64,000 nt of DNA from an uncultured Verrucomicrobiae bacterium (lineage in GTDB: Bacteria; Verrucomicrobiota; Verrucomicrobiia; Limisphaerales; Palsa-1400): NCBI GenBank assembly GCA_963702845.1, contig OY969763.1, positions 5,408,001 through 5,472,000 on the forward strand, written 5' to 3'. Shown here one piece after another: positions 18,746-29,528 of this stretch. Positions within the stretch are counted from its first letter, which is position 1. Every line of letters starts with the position of its first letter. The notes under the pieces were generated by a model, which was not told where the DNA came from, searched no databases, and worked only from the letters and a program-made list of their open reading frames with translations. The translations under genes and the position numbers were made by a program.

Positions 18746-21700
18746 TTATGGCGCGGCTTGAAACATGACGCGTCCGTTATCGTTGGTGCCGGGGAAGTAA
18801 CCCGCACCGAGGTTGGCCTTCTGCAAGACTGCTCCGCCGAAGGTCGTGCGATGGGTCGTGCCGGGTTCAACGAATGTTCCGCTGAACATTCCGCTGGAGA
18901 GCGTGAAGTAGAGCGTCACTTTGTTGATGCCGGCGCTGGTGACTTTGCTTCCGCTGCCGAGGGTGACGTCATTGTCCGAGGCTTCGGACAAGTTTCCTCC
19001 GCTGAGGCTGACGACACCGTTGGTGATGTTGAGCACGCGAGTGGCCAGGCCAATCGGCGCGACGTAACGGGAACCGGTTGATTCGGCGTCGGTCGCAAAA
19101 CCGGCGGCGAAGAGTCGGCTCGTGGCAACGGCGGGACGGATCCAGCTCAGTCGGCCGGAGACGTCGTCGCTGGTGCGGTTGGTGAATGTCAACCAACCCA
19201 ACAGTGAACCGCGTCCGGCATACAGCGAGACATAGACCGGCCATTCACCATTTTTGGAGATGGCTGAGGATTGCGAGACGTGTGTGCCGTCGGCGAGTGT
19301 TCCTGTGAGGAGCACTGTGCCATTAGCGTTGACTGTGACTGCGGCGTAGCCGTCGCCTTGACGTGAGACGGTCTTGCCGACATTGCCAGGGATGACGACG
19401 GTGTATTTTCCGGCCTGCAGTGCCGGCTGGGTGCGTGCATCGAAGGTGCCGCGATCGCCAGCGAGTAATGAGACCCATTTACCGTCGCTGACCGTGCCGG
19501 AGATGCTGTCGGAATTATCCAACGCAACATTCCAGTTGGCGGCGAGTGCAGTGGCGCCGGGGCGTGTGACGGAGCTGTTGCCAGTTCCATCAACGTTCAA
19601 GCGGCCGCTGGTGACGTAGCGTTTGCCTTCAGAGGAGAGCGCTGCGGTGTAAGCACCCTGGTCGCTGAGGACGAGAGTGAATGCGCCGGAGTTGGCGTTT
19701 TCGACTGAGGCCGCTCCCATGAACAGGCCGTTGAACGTGCCTTTGGCGCGGAGGAACGGATTAGGCACGAAGTTCGCGGTGATATAGACCCCGCCTTGCA
19801 TCGTGAAGGTCAGCACAGTTTGGCTGGAAGCTCCTGGGACACCTGTCCAGCTTGCCAACACCTGGCCTGTGCCAGGTTTCGCTGTGAGCGTGTAGGTCTT
19901 GCCGATCTGGAGGAATTGTCCGTCCAGGTTTGGAGTGACTGTTCCAATGCCGGTCGTGAAGAGGCGGAATTGGGCGAGCGTGATGGCTTTGATCGGACCG
20001 GCGCAATTGGCGGAGGCGACGGCTGTGCGTCCCTGGCAAGTGTCAGTGCCGCGGGCAGTGATGACTTCCGTTGCAGGATGCGTTGCCAATGTCATCGTAT
20101 AACTACCGCTGAAGTCCTCTGATTCACCGGGCGCGAGTTCGATCGGCCCGAGCAAGACAGTGTTCGTAACGGGGTAGCTGCTAACAACATAGACGTTGGT
20201 CAGGACGATATTGCCGGTGTTAGTGACCGAACCGGTGAACGCATACAAGCCGCCGAGAGGCACTGTGCCGGACGGACAGTTCTTGAACACTGCAATGAGC
20301 GGTGTCGTGAGCAACGGACATTCAGCGGACGAGGTCGCGGACACTGTGTCGCCTGAGCAACGGTCCTGGCCGGTGGCGGTGAGCGTGTCAACAATCTGGC
20401 AGCAGCAGAGCGGAGCTGTGTAAGTGTTACTGAAGCTTGCCGTGCCACCAGGAACGAGCGTGATAGGTCCGATAACCGGCGTATTGTTCGTCGGCATATC
20501 GTCAACCACGAACACGTTGGTGAGCGTTACATTTCCAGTATTGGTCACAGTGCCAGTGAATGTATAAGGCGCGCCGCGCGGAGTCGGGAACTGCGGGCAG
20601 TTCTTGATGACTGCGATTGCAGGGAGCGTCGCTTTGACAGGGCAGGTCGTCGTCACGCTATTGGAAACAGCGGATTGCGAGCATGCGTCGAATCCGATGG
20701 CAGTGACAGTGTCGTTGCCGCAGAAGTCTGCGATAACCGTGTAGGAACCGGTGTATTCAACGACTTCTCCCGGTGCGAGGGTGATGGGGCCGAACACGCG
20801 GGTGTTGTTGCGAGGCTGGGTGTTCACGATGGTCACGTTGACCAGGGTGATGTCGCCGGAGTTACTGACGCTGCCGCTATAGTGCAACACATCGCCAGGA
20901 TTGGTGATCGTTGGAGGACATTGTTTCGTAACAACGATTGCGGGCGTCGTGAGCACCGGACACGTTTTCGTATCGGTGTCGCTAACGATCATTCCGGTGC
21001 AAGGCACAACGCCTGTTGCGGTTGCCGTGCTGGACTGCGAGCAGCAGTTCAACGGCACATGATAGCTGCCGCTGAAGGTTGCGCTTGCGCCAGGGGCGAG
21101 GATGGGAACCGTCAGGATCGGCGCGGAGCCGCTGCGGTTATTGTAGACGAGGACGTTCGTCAGTGTGACGGTGCCGTCATTGGCCACGATGCCGGTGTAA
21201 TTCATTATACCACCGGGGCTCGGCGCGGTTGCGGGGCAGAACTGGGTGACTTCGATGCTCGGAAGTCCGCCGGTGACGGGGCAAGTGGTCGTTGCGGAGT
21301 TGCTTGCGATCGTGCCGTTACAATCGGCGCCGGTCGCAGTCGCGGTCGTAGTGACGGAGCAAGCTTCCGGAGGGACAACATAGGTTCCGACGAAGTTCGC
21401 TGTGGCGTTCGGCGCGAGTGAAGCGATCGTCGTTACCGGCGAACTGCCGGTGCGGTCGGTAGTCACGACGATGTTGGTGATTGTGACGTTACCGGTGTTT
21501 TTGACGCTGCCGGTAAATGCTAACGGGCTGCCTCCGCCGACCGGGACTGTCGAGCAGTTCAGGTTAACGACCAGGCGTGGATTCGTTGTGAGTGGGCAAG
21601 TTGCCGACGCTGTGTTTGTGATCGAACGCGAGGTGCAAACATCCGTGCCTCGGGCACTGACCGTGCTCGTGACGGAGCAGGAATTAGCCGGCGCAGTGAA

Positions 21701-24700
21701 CGTCGCGGTGAAGTTCGCGGATGCTCCGATGGCCAAATTCGCAACCGTGAGCACGGTGCTCGGCGACGCTTGAGTATCGGTGACGACCACGTTGTTCAAC
21801 GCGATATTGCCGGTATTGCTGACTGTGCCCGTGTAGGTGATCGAACCACCGGTCGACGCTTGTATCGCGGGACAATTCAACGAGACCGCAAGAGCCGGCG
21901 CTGTTGTCAGCGGACAGGTATTGGTGATCTTGTTTGTGACGTTGTTGCCGCTGCAAGTGTCGGTCGCAGTAATCGTGGCGATCGAGGTGACACTGCAAGT
22001 ATTGGTGATGGCGACAATGAAACTGCCGGTGAAGTTGGTGGACGCTCCAGGGGCGAGCGTTGGCGTTGTAAACACCGGTTGCTGCGCACCGTTTCCGCTG
22101 AGGAAGTAGAACAAGTTCGGGCCGAAACCGACGTCGGTCGCGGTAAACGTCAATTCATTCAGATTGTTTCCGATGGTAACGCGATCAGTGACGACGCCTG
22201 CACCGGTGATTGTCCCGAGCGTTGAATGGCCTGTGCCGTCATGGCGCAGGTAGTAGAACTGGTTGACGCCGAATCCGACATCAGTCACCGAGAACATTAA
22301 TGCGTCTGAATTGTTGGCGACCTGGAAACGATCGGTGATCGTGCCAGGTAGAGCGGGGTTGATCGTGCCGAAGAACGAACGTCCTGTGCTGTCATGGCGC
22401 AAGTAGTAGAACAAGTTGGCTCCATAACCAACGTCCGGAGCTGAGAATGTCAGGGCATCAAAGTTATTACCGAGCACAAACAAATCGGCAACCGTGCCAA
22501 CCACACCACCGGGTTTGATGACACCGAAACTGGACAGGCCAGAGCTGTCATGGCTGATGTAGTAGAAGTTCACCGGTCCATATCCGACATCGGGCGCGGC
22601 GAAGGTGAGGGCATCGAAGGCCTTAACGCCGAGATCAAATCGGGCAGTCACCGTTGCATTGGCATTGATGGTGACGAATGTTGAATTTCCCGACAATTCG
22701 CGGCGAATCGCATAGAACTGTGTCGCTCCGTAGCCTTCGTCCTGACCAGCGAAGGTCAATCCGGTGAAGTTGTTACCGACACCGAAACGGTCGGTGAGAA
22801 TACCAGCGGCGGAAAGTGTCCCGAAGGTGGAGGGGCCGCTATTGACGTTAAGCTGCGGTTGGTTATTCACCACGACGATGTTGCTCAAGGTGATGTTGCC
22901 GGCGTTGCTGATCGAGCCGGTGTAGGTGAGAATGCCGCCAGGCCCTGTGGGGTCGATCGGACAATTCTGCGTGATGACGATGGCCGGTGCGCTGATGAGC
23001 GGGCAAGTGATGGCCGCGGTGGCAATCAGGTTTTGGCCGCCGCATTGGTCGGTGGCGCGGGCGGTGACAGAGGTGTCGCTGGAACAAGCGTCGGTGCGCG
23101 CAACAGTGTAACTATTGGTGAATCGTGCGCTCCCGCCGACGGCGATGCTGGTTGCCGAGAAGATAACGGTGCCGGGCGCAGGCGTATCACGCGTTACGGT
23201 GACATTCGTCAGTGTAAGGCTTCCGGTATTGTTCACAACGCCGGTGTAAGTGAGAGTTCCGCCGAGCGCAGTCGCGCTGGTAGGACAGGTCAACGAGACG
23301 GCCAATGATGAATTGCCGGAAACCGAGCAAGTCGAAGTCACCGAAGCAGCGACATTCGCGCCGCTGCATTTGTTGTTGGCGTTCGCGGTAAGCGTTGAAG
23401 TAATTCCGCAGGCGCTGGTCAATGGGACGGTGTAGCTGCCGGTGAAATTGCGGGTTGCGCCGGGAGCGAGCGTCGCTGTCGTGAAAACCGGTGTTGAACC
23501 AGTGCGATCATTCGTCACAACAACGTTCGTCAAGGTGATCGTGCCTGCGTTGCTGACAGTACCGGTATAGGTAAGCGTTCCGCCCAAAGTCGCGGGAATG
23601 GCAGGGCAGTTTTCAGTTACGACCAAGCGCGGCGTATTCAGCAGCGGGCACGTCGTAGACGCGCTGTTGGTCACGATCGCAGATGTGCAATTATCGCTGC
23701 CGGTCGCAATAACCGTGCTGCTCACTGAGCAACTATCCGCAGGCGTGGTGAAAGTGGCGGTGAAAGCAGCTGAAGCTCCGGCCGCAAGGCTCGGTACGGT
23801 GAGGACGGTGCTCGGAGAGGCTTGGTTGTCGATAACGATGACGTTGTTCAACGTGACGTTACCCGTGTTATTGACGGTTCCAGTGTAGGTGATCGAACCG
23901 CCGCTGGTCGCAGTGGTCGCGGGACAAACCAACGAGACTGAAATCGCCGGTGTAGTGAGAACCGGGCAGATGGTCGTTGTGCTGTTGGTGACTGCGTTAA
24001 GAGTGCAAATATCGCGCGCGGTTCCTTTGAACGTCGTGCTAATCGAGCAACTATTCGCTGGAACAGAATAGGTTCCGGTGAAATTGGCGGACGCGCCAGG
24101 GGCGAGTGTGTTGACGGTGAAGACCGTTGTGTTTGGTGATGGGCGATCGCTCACTACGAGCACGTTGGTCAACGTAATGTTTCCAGCATTCTGGACCGTG
24201 CCGCTATAGGTTACGGAACCGCCGGATAAGACTGGCGTCCCGGGGCAATTCGCTGTCACGACGATCTGCGGTGTGGTCAAAATTGGGCAGGTCGTTGTCG
24301 CCGAGTTTGCGACAAGCACACCGCAAACGCTGCGAGCCGTCGCAGTCGAGGTGCTGGTGCTGGAGCAATTGGTTGGGGCCAAATAGCTGCCGGTGAAATT
24401 CGTAGTCGCGCCGGGTGCCAGGGTGGCCACGGTGAGGAGAGGCGTTGATCCGGTTTGATTGTTGAGAACAACGACGTTAGTGACGGTGATGTTGCCTGAA
24501 TTGCTGACTGAACCTGTGTAAGTCAGGACTGAACCGGGAGTTGCCGGGTTCGCGGGACAAAGCTGGGTGACGACAATGCTCGGCGTGCTACCCAAGGGGC
24601 AGGTGGCGGAGGCAACATTGCTGACGGGGTTGGCGGTGCAGGCGTCGCTACCGTTGGCTGTGACATTGGCGGTTACTGTGCAACCAGTGGCTGGGGCAGT

Positions 24701-26362
24701 GAAGCTCGAGCTAAAGTTGGCCGATGCTCCCGGTGCGAGACTGGCAACAGTCAACACCGTGCTCGGCGAGGACTGCGCGTTAACCACAGTGACGTTATTC
24801 AAAGTGACATTGCCCGTGTTATTGACGGCGCCAGTATAAGTGATCGTTCCGCCAGCAATCGCTGCGACAGCGGGACAATTCAACGAAACGGCGATGTTTG
24901 GAGTCGTGATTACATTGCAAGTCGTCGCGACCGAATTAGTGACGCGGTTTGCTGTGCAGACATCGCTGCCGATGCCGCTGAACGAGGCCGTGACTGAGCA
25001 GACGTTGGCCGGAACAATGACGCTAACAGTGAAACTGGCGGAAGCACCCGGAGCGAGTGACGGCGCAGTGAACACGGTGGTGTTCGGTGAGGGGCGGTCC
25101 GCGAGGACAACGACATTCGCCAAAGTGATATTTCCAGTATTCCGAACGGTGGCGTTATAAATTAGTGAACCACCAACCGAGGCCGGTGTGGCCGGGCAAG
25201 CCACTGTCACAGCGATTTGCGGAGTGGTTAAAATAGGGCAAGTGACGCTCGCTGTGCTGGTCACCGGGATGCCGCAGGTGCTCGAGGCATTAGCGGTCAA
25301 AGTATCGGATGTGGAACAGTTCGTCGGCGCGATGTAGCTGCCGGTGAAATTCGCTGATGCGCCAACGGCTAGCGTGGCCAATGTGAACACTGGTGTGTTG
25401 AGAGCCGGTTGATTGTCTACCACGATGATGTTGTTCAACGCGACGTTACCGGTATTGCTGACGCTGCCGGAGAAAACCAGCAACTGACCGGGCGACACTG
25501 GCTGTGCGGGACAAGCCTTCGTCACGTTGATTCCAGGGGTTAACGCCAGGCTGCAAGTGGTGTTGTTGCTGCTGGAAACGGTGCGGGGATGCGTCGTGAA
25601 TTGGTCAATGCCCTGAGCGACGAACGTTGCGGTGCTCGAAGCACACGGATTGGAGGGAACCCAGCTTCCACTGAAATTGGCGATCTGCCCCTGGAGAAGA
25701 TTCGTGATGAACGTGACTTGAAATTGGCCGCCGTTAACAAAATTCGTGACCGTCACACCGACCAATGTGTTATTGCCGCAATTGGTCACCGTGCCGGTAA
25801 AAGTGATCGCGCCATTTTCGCCGACGCCGCCGGCGCATTGCACCAGCAATTGAATACAAGGCAAGCTGACTTCCGTATTCACACCTTGATTACCGCCGCC
25901 CTGGCTGTCGGTATCGTTTTGGTGAATGACGCCAGTGTCGCTGGCGGTGGCGCGAACGGTGCCGTCGGGGCGCACATCCTGCGCGCGAACGACGTAGCTG
26001 ACGGTGTTCGAATAATAATCCGATTGGCCGTTAACCAGCGCGGTGTTCTGCAGAGTCAGCGGATGGGTCACACCGTCCGGCGTGACTATCGATGCGGTAA
26101 TGGCGGTCGCATCGCAAACGACAGGGCCGTTGCCAGTGCCGTTAAAGATCGTCGCGCTATAATTAAGCGTGTCGCCGATATGCACATCTGGCGAGTCGGT
26201 GAACAGCAAGATGCCCAAACCGCTGCCGGTGCAGCCCGGCGGATTGGCATGTGCGTGGGCGGAGGTCGCGCCGAATAAAACAAGCAGCAATCCCGCGAGC
26301 AGCGCTGCGAACGTGAAACGACCTGACGTCTTGCGTAAGGTCGTGAATATAGGGGTGGTCAT
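18746..26362 (-). CDS. Giant secreted Cys/Thr-rich protein with ~15+ tandem ~105-aa Ig-like (DUF11/DUF7507-like) repeats, an inserted 5-repeat domain and a distinct C-terminal region
   Basis: Signal peptide (MTTPIF...SAHA); repeats CP....G..LTYTGxVxNxGNxTLxNV...LAPGASxxFTGSY...C; start placed at ATG 26362 because a promoter box lies at 26466-26507. Confidence 0.9.
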   Translation of the reverse strand: MTTPIFTTLRKTSGRFTFAALLAGLLLVLFGATSAHAHANPPGCTGSGLGILLFTDSPDVHIGDTLNYSATIFNGTGNGPVVCDATAITASIVTPDGVTHPLTLQNTALVNGQSDYYSNTVSYVVRAQDVRPDGTVRATASDTGVIHQNDTDSQGGGNQGVNTEVSLPCIQLLVQCAGGVGENGAITFTGTVTNCGNNTLVGVTVTNFVNGGQFQVTFITNLLQGQIANFSGSWVPSNPCASSTATFVAQGIDQFTTHPRTVSSSNNTTCSLALTPGINVTKACPAQPVSPGQLLVFSGSVSNTGNVALNNIIVVDNQPALNTPVFTLATLAVGASANFTGSYIAPTNCSTSDTLTANASSTCGIPVTSTASVTCPILTTPQIAVTVACPATPASVGGSLIYNATVRNTGNITLANVVVLADRPSPNTTVFTAPSLAPGASASFTVSVIVPANVCSVTASFSGIGSDVCTANRVTNSVATTCNVITTPNIAVSLNCPAVAAIAGGTITYTGAVNNTGNVTLNNVTVVNAQSSPSTVLTVASLAPGASANFSSSFTAPATGCTVTANVTANGSDACTANPVSNVASATCPLGSTPSIVVTQLCPANPATPGSVLTYTGSVSNSGNITVTNVVVLNNQTGSTPLLTVATLAPGATTNFTGSYLAPTNCSSTSTSTATARSVCGVLVANSATTTCPILTTPQIVVTANCPGTPVLSGGSVTYSGTVQNAGNITLTNVLVVSDRPSPNTTVFTVNTLAPGASANFTGTYSVPANSCSISTTFKGTARDICTLNAVTNSTTTICPVLTTPAISVSLVCPATTATSGGSITYTGTVNNTGNVTLNNVIVIDNQASPSTVLTVPSLAAGASAAFTATFTTPADSCSVSSTVIATGSDNCTSAIVTNSASTTCPLLNTPRLVVTENCPAIPATLGGTLTYTGTVSNAGTITLTNVVVTNDRTGSTPVFTTATLAPGATRNFTGSYTVPLTSACGITSTLTANANNKCSGANVAASVTSTCSVSGNSSLAVSLTCPTSATALGGTLTYTGVVNNTGSLTLTNVTVTRDTPAPGTVIFSATSIAVGGSARFTNSYTVARTDACSSDTSVTARATDQCGGQNLIATAAITCPLISAPAIVITQNCPIDPTGPGGILTYTGSISNAGNITLSNIVVVNNQPQLNVNSGPSTFGTLSAAGILTDRFGVGNNFTGLTFAGQDEGYGATQFYAIRRELSGNSTFVTINANATVTARFDLGVKAFDALTFAAPDVGYGPVNFYYISHDSSGLSSFGVIKPGGVVGTVADLFVLGNNFDALTFSAPDVGYGANLFYYLRHDSTGRSFFGTINPALPGTITDRFQVANNSDALMFSVTDVGFGVNQFYYLRHDGTGHSTLGTITGAGVVTDRVTIGNNLNELTFTATDVGFGPNLFYFLSGNGAQQPVFTTPTLAPGASTNFTGSFIVAITNTCSVTSIATITATDTCSGNNVTNKITNTCPLTTAPALAVSLNCPAIQASTGGSITYTGTVSNTGNIALNNVVVTDTQASPSTVLTVANLAIGASANFTATFTAPANSCSVTSTVSARGTDVCTSRSITNTASATCPLTTNPRLVVNLNCSTVPVGGGSPLAFTGSVKNTGNVTITNIVVTTDRTGSSPVTTIASLAPNATANFVGTYVVPPEACSVTTTATATGADCNGTIASNSATTTCPVTGGLPSIEVTQFCPATAPSPGGIMNYTGIVANDGTVTLTNVLVYNNRSGSAPILTVPILAPGASATFSGSYHVPLNCCSQSSTATATGVVPCTGMIVSDTDTKTCPVLTTPAIVVTKQCPPTITNPGDVLHYSGSVSNSGDITLVNVTIVNTQPRNNTRVFGPITLAPGEVVEYTGSYTVIADFCGNDTVTAIGFDACSQSAVSNSVTTTCPVKATLPAIAVIKNCPQFPTPRGAPYTFTGTVTNTGNVTLTNVFVVDDMPTNNTPVIGPITLVPGGTASFSNTYTAPLCCCQIVDTLTATGQDRCSGDTVSATSSAECPLLTTPLIAVFKNCPSGTVPLGGLYAFTGSVTNTGNIVLTNVYVVSSYPVTNTVLLGPIELAPGESEDFSGSYTMTLATHPATEVITARGTDTCQGRTAVASANCAGPIKAITLAQFRLFTTGIGTVTPNLDGQFLQIGKTYTLTAKPGTGQVLASWTGVPGASSQTVLTFTMQGGVYITANFVPNPFLRAKGTFNGLFMGAASVENANSGAFTLVLSDQGAYTAALSSEGKRYVTSGRLNVDGTGNSSVTRPGATALAANWNVALDNSDSISGTVSDGKWVSLLAGDRGTFDARTQPALQAGKYTVVIPGNVGKTVSRQGDGYAAVTVNANGTVLLTGTLADGTHVSQSSAISKNGEWPVYVSLYAGRGSLLGWLTFTNRTSDDVSGRLSWIRPAVATSRLFAAGFATDAESTGSRYVAPIGLATRVLNITNGVVSLSGGNLSEASDNDVTLGSGSKVTSAGINKVTLYFTLSSGMFSGTFVEPGTTHRTTFGGAVLQKANLGAGYFPGTNDNGRVMFQAAP

Positions 26363-26465
26363 GATTTTTTTGATTTCCAATGGATGTGATTGCGAAGCCG
26401 ACGCGGGGTGAGAGTGCGCAGCCCAGACTGATGTTTGAAAATGGTTTTCGCGATTCACGGGTGCG

Positions 26466-26526
26466 AGAATAGGTGAACGCCGCGAGCCGGATAATGGGGT
26501 GTAACCCTCTGGGGATTTCACCCCAT
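26466..26526 (-). promoter_or_regulatory. Paired island boxes plus -10 for the giant gene
   Basis: Minus strand GGGTTACACCCCAT, 22 bp, TATTCT; second inverted box GGGGATTTCACCCCAT at 26511-26526. Confidence 0.7.
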
Positions 26527-26620
26527 ACGATTTTTTCCCGTTGATCGGAGCTTTCGTTGACAACGCAGGCGCGCTGTTACGATGGATTTGACAGACGCAG
26601 TCCTGGCACTGCCGGGCGCG

Positions 26621-27037
26621 TCACGGCGCGCAACTGACCACCACCACGTTGCTGAAGTTGCCGATTTCCTCGTCGTGCAAAACGTAGCGGCAACGGTACT
26701 GGCGCACTCCGGTTTGCCTTCGACCAACAGCGGGCGCTCGTCGAAAGCCGGCGGGTTCGTGTCGGTGGTCAACAGTTTCCATTCCGTTTCGTCGCCGCGT
26801 TGCGAATAAATATTCACGCCGTGGCTGAGCGATTTTTTGTAACGCAACAGCACGCGACTGCGCCCGAGATCGCACCCGTGCAACTCCGGCCTGGCCTCGC
26901 GCAATTTGACCGACGGCTCATGCCCGACGATGCTCATCAAACGCCCGAGCGGTTCGTTGTAACTGGGATGCGCCTTGGCGCGGCGGCCAAAAGCGCGCCT
27001 GAGCGACTCGAGTCGTTGACAGCGCCCGTGTCGTCAT
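26621..27037 (-). pseudogene. Fragment of an uncharacterised protein with a C-terminal FN3/Ig-like domain (paralog of 40278-40528)
   Basis: ...GVNIYSQRGDETEWKLLTTDTNPPAFDERPLLVEGKPE / RQYRCRYVLHDEEIGNFSNVVVVSCAP across frameshifts; N-terminus missing. Confidence 0.6.
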
Positions 27038-27213
27038 AAGATCACGCAAACGCCAGATCCGTGTCCTTAAGTCATTTGCCTCCCGCCCCATTTTTCCACG
27101 GCTTCCCCTCAGTATTTCACCCCATACAAATTGGTTTGGTGAATCACCAACCATGCAGCAGTGTGTGAGGTGTCTGCATTGACGGGTTGTCTGTGCCACA
27201 GGAAAACGTTTTC

Positions 27214-29496
27214 ATGCCGCTCACTTCTGCCATTCGCAAGGTCGCGTTTCTCGGGGATTATCTCCCGAGGAAATGTGGCATCGCCACCTTCACGACGGAC
27301 TTGCGTTGCGCGGTCGCAGCTGAGTTTCCGGCGATCCAATGCCCGGTCGTGCCGGTCAACGACATCGAGGAGGGTTACGATTATCCGAAGGAAGTGCGCT
27401 TCGAAATCGCCGAGCAGGACCTGCCTTCGTATCTGCGCGCGGCGGATTTCCTGAACATCAGCGACGTGGATGTAGTCTGTCTCGAACACGAGTTCGGGAT
27501 TTTTGGCGGCACGGCCGGCAGCCATGTCCTGGCGCTGTTGCGCGAGCTGCGGATGCCGATTGTCACCACGCTGCACACAGTCTTGCGCGAGCCCAATGCC
27601 GATCAGCGGCGCGTGATGCGTGAGTTGATCCGCCTGACCACGCGACTGGTCGTGATGAGCGAACGCGGCCGGGAATTTCTGCGCGATGTTTATCAGGCGC
27701 CGGAAAATAAAATCGATCTTATCCCGCACGGCATTCCCGACATGCCGTTTGCCGATCCGAATTTTTTCAAAGACGAATTCGCCGTTGCCGGCAAGCAGGT
27801 GATGCTCACGTTCGGTTTGCTCTCGCCTAACAAAGGGATTGAGTTCGCCTTGCGCGCGTTGCCCGACATCATCCGCGAATTTCCCAACGTCGTTTACATC
27901 GTGCTCGGCCAAACGCATCCGAATCTGCTGCGCAACGAGGGCGAAGCGTATCGCTTGAGCCTGGAGCGATTGGCCAAAGATCTGGGTGTGCAGAAACACG
28001 TCGTGTTCTTCAATCGGTTCGTTGAACTGGACGAATTGATGCGCTTCATCGGCGCGGCGGATATTTATCTCACGCCCTATCTGACCGAGGCACAGATTAC
28101 TTCTGGCACGCTGGCCTATGCCTTCGGCGCCGGAAACGCCGTGGTGTCGACGCCTTATTGGCATGCGGCAGAATTACTGACGGAAGAACGCGGCAAACTC
28201 GTGCCGTTCCGCGATGCGAAAGCGATCTCCACCGCCGTGGTCGAATTGCTGCGCGATGATCCGACGCGTCATTCGATGCGCAAGAACGCTTACAAGCTGG
28301 GCCGGGACATGGTCTGGAGCCGCGTGGCGCAACTTTATGTAAAATCCTTTGAACAGGCGCGGCACGACCACAGCTTCGTCGGGACCAAATCTTCGCCAAT
28401 CAAAACTCTCGACGAGCAACCCGGCCAATTGCCGGAGCTCAAGCTCGACCACCTGTTTCGTCTGAGCGATTCGACCGGCATGTTCCAACATGCCAGTTTC
28501 ACGGTGCCGAATTTTGCAGAGGGCTATTGCACCGATGACAACGCGCGCGCCCTGGTGCTGGCGATGATGTTGCGGCAATTGGGCCACAGCTCCACGCGGC
28601 TCGACGAGCGCGGGACCACCTATGCTGCTTTTTTAAACCACGCGTTCGACCGCGAGCGGAAGCGCTTTCGTAATTTCATGAGTTTCGACCGCCAATGGAT
28701 CGAACAAATGGGTTCGGAGGATTGTCACGGCCATGCCTTGTGGGCGCTTGGATTGTGCGTTGCGCAGGCGGGCCATAGCGGTTTTCAAATGCTGGCGGCA
28801 CAACTTTTTGAGCAGGCGATGCCGGGAGTCGTCGAGTTTTCGTCCCCGCGCGCGTGGGCGCTGACGCTCATCGGCATTGATCAATACCTCCGTCGATTGA
28901 GCGGCGACCGGCGCGTGACGCAGTTTCGCGAACTGCTCACCTCCAAACTCGTGCAGCGTTACAACGATGCCGCAACCGAGGACTGGCATTGGTTCGAGGA
29001 CACGGTTTCGTACGCGAACGCGAAGCTGCCGCATGCGTTGATTCTCAGCGGGCGCAGCATGGACAACAAATCCCTGCTCGACCTTGGGCTGAAAGCGTTG
29101 CGCTGGCTGGTAAAAGTTCAAACCTCGGACGCAGGTTCGTTTCGTCCGATCGGATCGAATGGATTTTATCCGCGCGGCAAGAAACCGGCGCTGTTCGATC
29201 AACAGCCCATCGAAGCTCAGGCCACTGTATCGGCCTGCATTGAAGCTTATCAGGCGACAAATGATATGTTCTGGGTCGCGGAAGCGCGCCGCGCCTTCGA
29301 ATGGTTTCTTGGCCGCAACGATTTGGGGCTGGCACTCTACGATTCGACCACCGGCGGTTGCCGCGACGGTTTGCACATCGATCGCTTGAGTCAAAACCAG
29401 GGCGCGGAATCCACCCTCGCATTCCTCCTTGCGCTCACGGAAATGCAGGGTTTGCAGAACACGCTGACCAGCTTCAAAGAGCCAGCCGGGAAATGA
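27214..29496 (+). CDS. Glycosyltransferase family 4 with a C-terminal glycosidase-like domain
   Basis: YLPRKCGIATFT, EHEFGIFGG, TFGLLSPNKGIE, QITSGTLAYA; C-terminal GYCTDDNARAL, FDQQPIE, NQGAESTL. Confidence 0.92.
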   Translation: MPLTSAIRKVAFLGDYLPRKCGIATFTTDLRCAVAAEFPAIQCPVVPVNDIEEGYDYPKEVRFEIAEQDLPSYLRAADFLNISDVDVVCLEHEFGIFGGTAGSHVLALLRELRMPIVTTLHTVLREPNADQRRVMRELIRLTTRLVVMSERGREFLRDVYQAPENKIDLIPHGIPDMPFADPNFFKDEFAVAGKQVMLTFGLLSPNKGIEFALRALPDIIREFPNVVYIVLGQTHPNLLRNEGEAYRLSLERLAKDLGVQKHVVFFNRFVELDELMRFIGAADIYLTPYLTEAQITSGTLAYAFGAGNAVVSTPYWHAAELLTEERGKLVPFRDAKAISTAVVELLRDDPTRHSMRKNAYKLGRDMVWSRVAQLYVKSFEQARHDHSFVGTKSSPIKTLDEQPGQLPELKLDHLFRLSDSTGMFQHASFTVPNFAEGYCTDDNARALVLAMMLRQLGHSSTRLDERGTTYAAFLNHAFDRERKRFRNFMSFDRQWIEQMGSEDCHGHALWALGLCVAQAGHSGFQMLAAQLFEQAMPGVVEFSSPRAWALTLIGIDQYLRRLSGDRRVTQFRELLTSKLVQRYNDAATEDWHWFEDTVSYANAKLPHALILSGRSMDNKSLLDLGLKALRWLVKVQTSDAGSFRPIGSNGFYPRGKKPALFDQQPIEAQATVSACIEAYQATNDMFWVAEARRAFEWFLGRNDLGLALYDSTTGGCRDGLHIDRLSQNQGAESTLAFLLALTEMQGLQNTLTSFKEPAGK

Positions 29497-29528
29497 TCGC
29501 GCCGTGAAGATCACGGCAGAAAAATTTT

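Noticed and set aside
18875..18888. TGTTC-N4-GAACA, matching the reported Verrucomicrobia LexA box
   Set aside because: Lies inside the 3' coding region of the giant gene, far from a start; probably chance
26363..26563. N-terminal extension of the giant ORF given in the track (similar extensions at 36336, 40076, 47543, 62132)
   Set aside because: Extensions run through promoter boxes or intergenic DNA; downstream ATGs give proper signal peptides or domain starts
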